The notes under the pieces were generated by a model, which saw nothing but the letters and a program-made list of their open reading frames with translations, was not told the origin of the DNA and did no database searches. Positions 52,656-62,686 of a stretch of DNA of 64,000 nt are shown in pieces. Position numbers and translations under genes: made by a program. Each line of letters starts with the position of its first letter. The stretch's first letter is position 1. The DNA comes from Squalus acanthias (Eukaryota): positions 167,464,001 to 167,528,000 of the forward strand of contig CM059425.1 in assembly GCA_030390025.1 (NCBI GenBank), written 5' to 3'.

Positions 52656-53097
52656 TAAAGGCTGAGGCAGGAGAAATTATAATGGGGAATAATGGCAGAG
52701 ACTTTAAACAAATATTTTGTATCTGTCTTCACAGTAGAAGATACAAAAACCATACCAAAAATAGTGGGGAACCAAGAGGCTAATGAGAGTGAGGAGCTTA
52801 AAGTAATTAAGATCAGTAAAGAAAAAGTACTTGCGAAACTAATGGGACTAAAAGCCACTAAATCCCTTGGACCCGATGGCCTACATCCCAGGGTTCTAAA
52901 AGAGGTGGCTGCAGAGATAGTGGATGCATTAATTGTGATTTCCAAAATTCCCTAGATTCTAGAATAGTCCCAGAAGATTGGAAGGTAACCCCACTATTCA
53001 AGAAAGGAGGGAGAGAGAAAACAAGGAACTACAGCCCAGTTAGCCTGACATCAGTTGTCGGGGAAATGTTGGAATCCATTATTAAGGAAGTGGTCAT

Positions 53098-54589
53098 TGT
53101 AAGGAAGAGACATTAAAACCTGCTGAAATGTGGCAAAGCAGCGAAACCAGACGGTGCTAGCAAGAAGGAACAAAGACATTGTGTAGCTAAAGGAGACGTC
53201 TGTGTAAACAACGATGGATTAGGCCTTGACGAGATAACACAGAACTCAATGGGCCTCTTCAATAAACAATCCTTATCAGAAAATTTGCCAGCTAGACGGT
53301 TGAGATTTGCGTGAGCTATCCAGCTAATCAACTGTTACTGTGGTCTTCACATGATGGAAATTTGCTGGAAAGGAGGTTTAAGATCATGCGGGCTTTAACT
53401 TTAAGTTTTAAACAAAAACCACGGTATATTATTGGTTATCATGATCTAAGGCTTTCAGCGATAGGTCAATGAGGCCTTGGCGATGTAACATCCTGTCCAC
53501 CATTGAAAGGAAAAGATATAAAAGAAGCTGTTAAGGTAACTTTATTACTGCAGTCAAGGAAGGAGAGCTGCAGTTAACAAGAAACGAACCCGACCAATCG
53601 TTGGAAGGAGAGAGCTGCAATCAACAGGAGCTGGCCACTTCAGAGTGATTGTATGACCATTTACTTAGAACATATTTGGGCATTGTATTGCCAGAGCATC
53701 TTTATTGCTAAGAGTAGACTAAGAAGGGCATTGTATTGTGTAAGACAGTTCTGATTGTCTGACAGTTTATAGAGTTCAGACCCGTGGAACAGACAACACA
53801 AAACCCAATGAATCTGTGAAACTTCTTTACTTAAAAATCAACAAGAGGTTACAAGTAATTCCCAGAATACAAACTGTACTCAATTCATGTACTTATCACA
53901 AGCAGGCATCTAAAACCATTTACTTTAAGCTCAGGTGATTATAAACAAAACCACATACATACTAACACCAGATGAGAGGTCAATTCAATGATGACGAGAC
54001 GTATGACTTTAATTGGCAACTGACCAGGTCACCATCGACTGCAGCCACGAATGTCAGTCCACAATATCACTTATACCCCAAAACTTGACTACTCGCCCAC
54101 AGCATTCGTGTCCCAAACTGTGTGATTAACATTATTTTTTTCTCTCTCTCTCCTTCTATCTGTTTTGATGCTTAGTTAACCAAGGCCAGACATTCAAGGG
54201 TTGGAGAGAGTCGTTGTTTTTACATTTGCAAGTTGTTGACTCGTGGTTCTCACAGAATTTTTCAAGATCTTATCTTTTGAAGGAAAAATACCAGCACATC
54301 ATGTTTTAGCCAAGCAGTCTCTTGCCCTCAAAGCTTGTTGGTACATTTGATCACTTTTAGATTCAGTCAAGTTTACCATGGACAGTATTACAATTGCCAG
54401 GTAGACTAAAAAGGGCATTGTATTGACATTTAAATCTATAAGTGTTTTTGTTTTCTTTTCTCTCTTCTTTTCATTTAATAAATGACTTTGTTTAACTTAA
54501 GAGCTTTTGGGTGATTCATTAATGATTTCCCTTGTAATTCGCGGGTCAAAACGAACTGCAAGCCTGAGAATAGGACAGCGCGGCTTACA
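53098..54589 (+). mobile_element. Solo LTR, 1492 bp
   Basis: TGTAAG...CTTACA inverted termini, interrupts CR1 at GTGG|TAAC, TATAAAA at about 53517, AATAAA at about 54478; TSD degenerate (TCAT/TAAC). Confidence 0.8.
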
Positions 54590-56744
54590 TAACAGGTCAC
54601 TTAAAAAATCATAATATGATTAGGCAGAGAAAACATGGTTTTATGAAAGGGAAATCATGTTTAAAACATTTATTAGAGTTTTTTGAGGATGCAACTAGCA
54701 GGGTAGATAAAGGGGAACCAGTGGATGTAGTATATTTGGATTTTCAAAAGGCATTCGATAAGGTGCCACATAAAAGGTTGTTACGCAAGATAAGGGCTGA
54801 TGGATTTGGAGGTAATATATTAGCACAGATAGATTATTGGTTAATGGACAGAAAACAGAGAGTAGGGATAAACGGGTCATTTTCAGGTTGGCAGGCTGTA
54901 ACTAGTGGGGTGCCACAAGGATCAGTGCTTGGCCTCAGCTATTTACAATTTACATTCATGACTTAGATGAAGGGACCAAGTGTAATGTATCCAAGTTTGC
55001 TGATGATACAAAGCTAGGTGGGAAAGTAAACTGTGAGGTAGACACAAAGAGCCTGCGAAGGGATATAGACATGTTAAGTGAGTGGCCAATAACATGACAG
55101 ATGCAGTATAATGTGGGGATATTCACTTTGGTAGGAAGAATAGAAAAACAGAATATTTTTTAAATGGTGAGAAACTATTAAGTGTTGGTGTTCAGAGAGA
55201 TTTAGGTGTCCTCATACAGGAAACATAGAAAGTTAGCATGCAGGTACAGCAAGCAATTAGGAAGGCAAATGGCATGTTGGCCTTTATTGCAAGGCAGGTG
55301 GAGTACAAGAGTAAGGAAGTCTTGCTACAATTGTACAGTGCTTTGGTGAGACTACATCTGGAGTACTGTGCGCAGTTTTAGTCTCCTTATCCAAGTAAGG
55401 ATATACGTGCCTTAGAGGCAGTGCAACCAAGGTTCGCTATTCCTGGGATGAGAGGGTTGTCCTATGAGGAGAGATTGAGAAGATTGGGTCTATACTCTCT
55501 GAAGTTTTGAAAAATGAGAGGTGATCTCATTGAAACATATAAGTTTCTGAGGGGCATTGACAGGGTAGATGCTCAGCGGTTGTTTCCTCTGACTGGAGAG
55601 TCTAGAACTAGGGGGCATAGTCTCAGGATAAAGGGTCAGCCATTTAAGACTGAGATGAGGAGGAATTTCTTTACTCATAGGTTTGTGAATCTTTGGAATT
55701 GTCTACCCCAAAGGGCTGTGGATGTAGAATTGTTGACTATATTCAAGGCAGAGATAGATAGATTTTTGGACTCTAGGGGAATCAAGGGATATGGAGATTT
55801 GGCGTGAAAGTGGAATTGAGGTCAAAGACCAGCCATGATCTTGAATGGCGGAGTATGTTCGAGAGGCCGTATGGCCTACTCCTGCTCCGAATTCTTATGT
55901 TAAGTTCCTGTGAATGGGCCGCACAGCCCCTTGAAGGGGCCGCGCACCCAAAAAAAAATTAGGGGGAACATTGATACCCGCCATCCATTTAGTCCCATGT
56001 GCTTCTATTTTCCGAATAAATCTGTTATGTGATACTTTGCCAAATGTCTTTTTAAAGTCCACATAGGCAACATCTACTGCACTACCTTCATCAACGTTAC
56101 TTCATCAAAGAACTCAATCAGGTTAGTCAGACATGATTTGCCTTTAACAAATCTGTGCTGGCTGTCCCTTTAACATACGAACATAAGAACATAAGAAATA
56201 GGAGCAGGAGTAGGCCATTCGGCCCTTCCAGGCCTGCTCTGCCATTCAATGAGATCATGGTTGATCGTCTATCTCAACTCCACCTTCCCACACTATCCCC
56301 ATATCCCTTCATTCCCCTAATATCCAAAAATCTATAAATTTTTAACCCATGTTCTCCAAGTGAGAATTAATTTTGTCCTTGACAATGGTCTCTAGTAGTT
56401 TTCCCACCACTGATGTTAGCGGGCCTGTAGTTACCAGGTTTATTGTTCTCCCCATTTTTGAACAGAGTTGTAACATTTGCAATCCTCCAGTCATCTGACA
56501 CCCACTCCATTATCCAAGGAGGATTGAAAGATTGTGGTAAGAGCTTCTGCTATCTCCACCCTTGCTTCCCTCAGCAACCTAGACTGCGTCCCATCTGGAC
56601 CAGGTGACTTGTTAACTTTGAGTGATGCCAACATATTTAGCACTTTCTATCTATTTTCATCCTATCCAATATCTCTACTCACTCTACTTACTGTGACAAT
56701 ATCATCCTCTTCTTTTGTGAAGACAGATGCAAAGTACTCATTCA

Positions 56745-57319
56745 TGTCAGAAAGCTAAGAAAGCTCAACCAAGCTACCGCAAGGATAAAGAGTTGATAGG
56801 CTTGTGCAGAACTAAGCCATTTTGTTAAACAAAATGTTATTGCTGAAGTAAGCTTTGAACCACAGCTGCATCTTGTTAAGTTGTTGCGAAACCTATGTCA
56901 TGTGCGAGGTCAAGAGGAGCAAAGAAGGGTCACTGGGCATGTTTGTGTAAAATGTTGCAAAGACCAGAGTTTAACCTTGCATGGACAAAAGTTATTGGAC
57001 TCATTGGGCTGGATTTTGATACTGGGGCGTGTTATCCACTTTTCATGTTATCCACCTGACTGCAATTAGATGTGGGAGATTGATGCAATTTTCACTTAAT
57101 TGGGCAATTGAGTTCCAGCATGTGGGAACCCATGAACCAATTAGTGTTTTCAGTCTGAAAGTCGCCTCTAATGATGTCATCATTGCTGCTGCATTGAAGG
57201 TCTGCAAAGACTGCCTGGCCTTTGCTGTGAGAGGACCTGGATGCAAAATGAGCAGCAGCAGCCCTAAGTCTGCTCCCAGATATTTTTGCACGAGAGAGAG
57301 AGAGATGAAGAGAGAGAGA

Positions 57320-57356
<37 letters not shown>

Positions 57357-58057
57357 GAGAGCGAGAGAATGAGAGAATGGAGAGAGAGAGAATGAGAATG
57401 GAGAGAAAGAATGGATGGATCCAGCCAGCCAAATGTGCTCCCGCCAGGTTTCACAATCGTGGTTCAGAACAGGCGTGCTTCATGTAGAACAAGGGTTAAA
57501 ATCACAAAGGCCTTTCAAAATGGCATTATAGAGCCAATTTAGTGCTTGTTAAGGGCCTTAACAGCCTATCCCATCTCTTAAAGGCGGGACGCAGTCGGGA
57601 CCAGCAGACACGATTTCATGAAAATTGTGTGGAGGCGGGATGGAGGCGGACTTGTGCCCGCCTGCCAGTTTTCGCAATTTTAACCCCCCACACGCCTCCA
57701 AACCTGCCTCCATGGGTCAATGAAAATCCAGCCCAATTGAGTCAGGTGTTCGGAACTTTGAAGGATAAAAGAAGAGGGATTGTGCTAGTCAGACGCAGAA
57801 GTAGAAGACAGGAAGAAAACATCTAGCTTGTGTAGGTGGACGTAAATGCTGGCTGGATCCTAACACCTACCTGGCTAAAGAACAAGACAACACACGCTAC
57901 TCTGTCCAGGAACTGAACAGGTAATAACCAATCGGAACTGTAAATTACTGCCGTGAGATACTAGAATGTATTGATCCTTGCTGTGTGCCAATAAAAGATT
58001 TACCGGAACCAATTGGTATCAACTCCGAATCCTTACAAATTGGAAGAACTTCTTATA
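56745..58057 (+). mobile_element. Solo LTR (about 580 bp net) containing a MITE
   Basis: Starts TGTCAG, ends CTTATA (decayed CA), exact 4-bp TSD TTCA, AATAAA at about 57990. Confidence 0.72.
57006..57734 (+). mobile_element. Harbinger internal-deletion derivative with a GA-rich microsatellite (57292-57410)
   Basis: 12-bp perfect TIR GGGCTGGATTTT / AAAATCCAGCCC, flanks ATT/AAT; right half resembles 4470-4692. Confidence 0.85.
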
Positions 58058-58458
58058 TTCAGTACCTCAGTCATGTCCTCTGCCTCCAAAAGAAGATTTC
58101 CTTTTTTGTCACTAATTGGCCCCACCATTCCCTTAACTATCATTTTATTTTTTATATGTATATAAAAGATTTATGTGTTACCTTTTATGTTGCTAATCTT
58201 TTCTCATACTCTCATTGTCATTCTTGTATCCTTTTTCAATTTCCCCCTGCACACTTTATATTCTGCCTGGTTTTCTACTGTATTCTGTACCTGACATTTG
58301 TCACAAAACTCCTTTTTCTGTTTTACTTTAACCTTTTATTTCCTTTGTCATCCAGGGAGCTCTAGCTTTGGATGCACTATCTTTCCTCCTTATGGGAATA
58401 TGCTTGGTTTGTATGCAAACTATCTTCGCCTTGAAGGCCTGCCATTGCTCATTTACTG

Positions 58459-58569
58459 ATACTAAAGCTAAATACTGCAGGTGCTGGAAATCTGAAATAA
58501 AAACCGAAAATGCTGAAAATACTCAGCAGGTCAGGCAGCATCTGTGGAGAGAGAGAAACAGAGTTAACA
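58459..58569 (-). mobile_element. Short terminal fragment of a probable second Penelope-like family
   Basis: aatactgcaggtgctggaaatctgaaataaaaa..aatactcagcaggtcaggcagcatctgtggagagagaaacagagttaac, recalled as an abundant PLE end in chondrichthyans; truncated by the next Harbinger. Confidence 0.45.
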
Positions 58570-60080
58570 GCTGGAATTTTCTGGGGGGTCAGCGGGCGGG
58601 ATCAGTGGTGGGTCTGGTGGGAAATTTGATTTTTTGACAACGGGTCAGGACCCCACTGTCAACCTGCCACAATGCGCCTTTCCCACAGGTGCGTGTGTGA
58701 TCTCCGATCCGACCCGCAGAGGCGGGCGACCCAATTAAACCAATTATTGGGTTGTTGACAGACCCTTAATAATGATTTTAACCTTACCTTTTAACTTTAA
58801 CTGCTCGCCCTCGGGGTCCACGCTGCTCAGGGACCATGTCTGTGAACCTGAGGCGGGAGTTGAATGGCTGTTGCTCCAGCTGATTACTTGACAGCTTTAA
58901 ATGTACAGTAAATCTCCCACCTGACAGTTCATCACTTTCCTCAGCCACAAGCTGTTTCTCAGTCCATTTCCAGCACAGTTTCTGCAGGATTTCCACTTTC
59001 CACTCTCCATCCACACTTACCTCATTGGAAGAACTCTCTCACTATTGACAGAATGTTTCTGTCATCTCTATTTCACCTGCCATCTATTCCATCAACATGG
59101 GTACCCTTTATACTGTCTCACCTTGGTCCTCAGAACCCGACCACAATGAGCCCCAACACCAGCAGCACCAACAACAACACCAACCTTCTCCGCAATCACC
59201 TGATGCTGCACAGGACAGAGGGCATCAGCAACTGACCACATTATTGCCCGGGACACTAGGGATGGCCTCACCATGGCCAGATTTACTTCACTTGATGCTG
59301 AACACCCTGGCTGCCACATGATGCGCCAGGTTGGCACCACCCCACACCAACACCATAAAGCATCCCTACAATGTCCAAGCCATTCCTTTCACACTCACCA
59401 CCATTGCGGGGGGTATTGTTATGTCTCACCATTCACTGTAACTCACTAAGCCACTTCAAAGGTGCACACAAATCTGTCCAAGAATGCAAAGTGTTGAAAA
59501 TAAAGTTTTCAATGTTTGACAGCACATTAACAGAAACTTTACATGAACATTGGATAAAACACCAAAGTGGCTACACTTGTGTGTTGTTAGTTGGTATGAT
59601 TGCATTAGGATGAGGGTGAGTGTGAAGGGTGGCTAGTGAGATGGGGAAGTGATAATGTAGATGGAGAGGGATGGGTGGAGGTGCAAGGTAAGTTGGTGTG
59701 AGCAAGGATATGCAGGAGTAGGGTTGGGAAGGCAGAGTGATGGGGATGTGATGAGAGGCACAGCAGGATGAGGTTGAGTGTGGCTTTGTACTAACGTTTT
59801 GTGATCTAATGGGATCATTGAAAGGTTTGCACCACTGCACCCAGGTCCTCCTGACCACATCCCTGCTTGTGCCCTCCTGTGCAATGTGCAACCAGACTGT
59901 TTTGTTCTCCTGGGAAGGGAAGAGGACCTCCCTGCGGGCTGTGACTCCCTCCATAAGCAGAAGCATATGGAGGGAGTCATGGGAGAACCTGGGTGCATCC
60001 CTGTACCTCTGTACAGTGATTGTCAGTGTTTGCAGCACTTCAATGCTGTTAAACACTGACAGCACAAATGCCTAAATAAA
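58570..60080. mobile_element. Degenerate Harbinger remnant with Myb/SANT exon 1 on minus (about 59790-60000), cut by the Penelope insertion
   Basis: DAPRFSHDSL..VTARREVLFP..WLHIAQE..RTWVQWCKPFND; TIR-like GCTGGAATTTTC at about 58570; CAG/CAA-rich stretch like 4050-4130. Confidence 0.7.
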
Positions 60081-60172
60081 GTTGTGATGCGGAGATGCCG
60101 GTGTTGGACTGGGGTGGACAAAATTGAGAGGTCGCACAACACCAGGTTATAGTCCAACAGTTTTATTTGAAA

Positions 60173-60210
60173 TCACAAGCTTTCGGAACTATCGCTCCTT
60201 CCTCAGGTGA
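60173..60210 (-). ncRNA. Minimal type-I hammerhead ribozyme motif in the Penelope 3' region
   Basis: Minus strand TCAC-CTGAGGA-A-GGAGC(GATA)GTTCC-GAAA-GCTT-GTGA: CUGANGA and GAAA cores, 5-bp stem II, stem I TCAC/GTGA, palindromic AAGCTT in place of stem III. Confidence 0.6.
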
Positions 60211-60544
60211 AGTAAATTGGATACAGAATCGTCAGAGCATATATAGATGGAAAAAAAAGCATGTGTACTTTACAATTGCAGACCAATAAATTAAATCATC
60301 CTGACTATCTGCCGAGGTGTGATAAAGTTAATTAAGTCAGCCAGGAAGGTACCACATCAAAAGACATAGCAAGATACAACTGAGACAATGAGGTGAAGTC
60401 GCAGGGGTTCTAACGTGTCAAAAGCTGCCGTATGTATGTAAAACGAAAAGCTTTAAAAAAAAATTTACTTTTTTACTGGGAAAATTTTTACTTTTTTACT
60501 GGGAATCACATCTGTGAACAAGCTAACGACGACTCGAGTCCGGA

Positions 60545-62686
60545 TCACGTCATGTATCGTGACATAAACCCAAGATCCCGATTGAGACCGTCTTCATGAG
60601 TGCAGAACTTGGCTATCAGTTTCTGCTCGATGATTTTGCGTTGTCGTGTGTTTCTAAGGTTGCCTTGGAGAACGCTTACCCGCAGATCCGAGGCTGAATG
60701 TCCTTGACTGCTGAAGTGTTCCCCGACTGGGAGGGAACAATCCTGCCTGGCGATTGTTGCGCGGTGCTCGTTCATACGTTGTCTCAGTGTCTGCATGGTC
60801 TCGCCGATGTACCATGCCGCGGTGCATTCTTTCCTGCAACGTATGAGGTAGACAACGTTGGCCGAGTCACATGAGTATGTACCATGTACCTGGTGGGTAG
60901 TGTCCTCACGTGTGATGGTGGTATCTGTGTTGATGATCTGGCATGTCTTGCAGAGTTTGCCATGGCAGGGTTGTGTGGTGTCGTGGTCGCTGTTATCCTG
61001 AAAGCTGGGTAATTTGCTGCGAACGATGGTACTTCTGAGGTTAGGCGGCTGTTTGAAGGCAAGTAGTGGAGGCGTGGGGATGGCCTTAGCGAGGTGTTTG
61101 TCGTCATCGATGACATGTTGAAGGCTGCGAAGAACATGTCGTAGTTTCTCCGCTCCGGGGAAGTACTGGACGACGTAGGGTACCCTGTTGGTTGTGTCCC
61201 GTGTTTGCCTTCTGAGGAGGTCTATGCGATTTTTCGCTGTGGCCCGTCGGAACTGTCGATTGATGAGTCGAGCGTCATATCCCGTTCTTACGAGGGCGTT
61301 TTTCAGCGTCCGTAGGTGTCCATCGCGTTCCTCCTCGTCTGAGCAGATCCTGTGTATTCGCAGGGCTTGTCCATAGGGGATGGCTTCTTTAACATGGTTA
61401 GGGTGGAAGCTGGAGAAGTGGAGCATCGTGAGGTTGTCCGTGGGCTTGCGGTAGAGTGAAGTGCTGAGGTGTCCGTCTTTGATGGAGATTCGTGTGTCCA
61501 GGAATGAGACCGATTCTGAGGAGTAGTCCATGGTGAGTTTGATGGTGGGATGGAACTTGTTTATGTTATCGTGTAGTCTTTTCAGTGATCCTTCGCCATG
61601 GGTCCAAAGGAAGAAAATGTCGTCGATGTATCTGGTGTACAGCGTTGGCTGGAGGTCCTGTGCAGCGAAGAAGTCTTGCTCGAACTTGTGCATGAAGATG
61701 TTGGCGTATTGGGGTGCGAATTTGGTCCCCATGGCTGTTCCGTGTGTTTGGGTAAAAAAATGGTTGTCGAAGGTGAAGACATTGTGGTCAAGGATGAAGC
61801 GGATGAGTTGTAGGATGGCGTCTGGAGATTGGCTGTTGTTGATGTTGAGTACTGAGGCTGTTGCAGCGATGCCGTCATCGTGGGGGATACTGGTGTAGAG
61901 TGCCGATACGTCCATCGTGGCAAGGAGTGTTCCTGGTTCAACTGGTCCGTGGGTGCTGAGTTTCTGTAAGAAGTCTGTAGTGTCGCGACAGAAGCTGGGG
62001 GTTCCCTGTACGATGGGTTTCAGAATGCCCTCGACGTATCCAGAGAGGTTCTCACACAGGGTTCCATTGCCTGATACGATAGGACGTCCGGGTGTGTTGG
62101 CTTTGTGTATCTTTGGGAGGCAGTAGAAGTCTCCCACGCGGGGAGTACGTGGGATGAGAGCGCGTAGGATGTTTTGAAGGTCTGGATCGAAGGTCTTGAT
62201 CAGTCTATTGAGTTGGCGGGTGTGTTCTTTGGTCGGATCTGCGGGTAGCTGTCTGTAGTGTTCCTGGTTGTCCAGTTGTCGGTATGCTTCTTTACAATAG
62301 TCCGTTCTGTTCTGTATGACGATGGCTCCTCCTTTGTCCGCTGGTTTGATGACAATGTTGCGGTTGGTCTTGAGAGCGTGGATGGCGTTGCGTTGTGCTC
62401 GGGTGACATTCTGGACTGTCTTGTGAGTGCGGCTGATGAATCTGGCGTTGATGCATTTCCTGACCGCTTGAGCATACATGTCAAGCTTGGGGCAGCGACC
62501 CTCCGGAGGGGTCCAGTTTGACTCTTTTTTCTTCGGTTGCTGCACTGCGAGTCCCTCTGTCTGCTGTTCTGGATCATTGATTGTCTCATTGGGTTTGTTG
62601 CTGACATCTTGGGATTTGTGGAAGTATTCCCGGAGCCTCATTCTCCTGATGAATTCCTCCGTGTCTGCCGCGAGACCGATGGGGTC
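60545..62686 (-). CDS. Penelope-like reverse transcriptase / GIY-YIG endonuclease (uninterrupted, N-terminally truncated)
   Basis: IKPADKGGAIV, LPKIHK, GRPIVS, MDVSALYTSIP, GTAMG, RYIDD, FLD, Cys linker CHGKLCKTC, VVYLIRC..WYIGET..LRQRMNEH, GLN; no stops over about 710 codons. Confidence 0.92.
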   Translation of the reverse strand, partial: DPIGLAADTEEFIRRMRLREYFHKSQDVSNKPNETINDPEQQTEGLAVQQPKKKESNWTPPEGRCPKLDMYAQAVRKCINARFISRTHKTVQNVTRAQRNAIHALKTNRNIVIKPADKGGAIVIQNRTDYCKEAYRQLDNQEHYRQLPADPTKEHTRQLNRLIKTFDPDLQNILRALIPRTPRVGDFYCLPKIHKANTPGRPIVSGNGTLCENLSGYVEGILKPIVQGTPSFCRDTTDFLQKLSTHGPVEPGTLLATMDVSALYTSIPHDDGIAATASVLNINNSQSPDAILQLIRFILDHNVFTFDNHFFTQTHGTAMGTKFAPQYANIFMHKFEQDFFAAQDLQPTLYTRYIDDIFFLWTHGEGSLKRLHDNINKFHPTIKLTMDYSSESVSFLDTRISIKDGHLSTSLYRKPTDNLTMLHFSSFHPNHVKEAIPYGQALRIHRICSDEEERDGHLRTLKNALVRTGYDARLINRQFRRATAKNRIDLLRRQTRDTTNRVPYVVQYFPGAEKLRHVLRSLQHVIDDDKHLAKAIPTPPLLAFKQPPNLRSTIVRSKLPSFQDNSDHDTTQPCHGKLCKTCQIINTDTTITREDTTHQVHGTYSCDSANVVYLIRCRKECTAAWYIGETMQTLRQRMNEHRATIARQDCSLPVGEHFSSQGHSASDLRVSVLQGNLRNTRQRKIIEQKLIAKFCTHEDGLNRDLGFMSRYMT

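Larger units (their letters stand above)
50514..55900 (+). mobile_element. Near full-length CR1 LINE (partial esterase ORF1, ORF2, tail) split by a SINE and a solo LTR
   Basis: VHVGTNN (SGNH esterase ORF1), [33 protein letters not shown] and tcttatgtt tail; many stops. Confidence 0.92.
50456..55973. mobile_element. Small hAT-like element (about 130 bp of own sequence) holding 5.4 kb of nested insertions
   Basis: Perfect 15-bp TIRs CAATGTTCCCCCTAA (50456-50470) and TTAGGGGGAACATTG (55959-55973); degenerate 8-bp TSD AAACTCAC/ATACCCGC; GGCCGCACAGC repeated in both arms. Confidence 0.75.
55980..58460 (-). mobile_element. Older CR1 fragments (with a younger CR1 3' tail at about 56172-56340), split by a solo LTR
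   Basis: Reverse-strand RT and tether remnants; sequence continuous across 56744/58058. Confidence 0.7.

Noticed and set aside
57029..57487. ER-rich and SL-rich ORFs
   Set aside because: Translations of a GA microsatellite.
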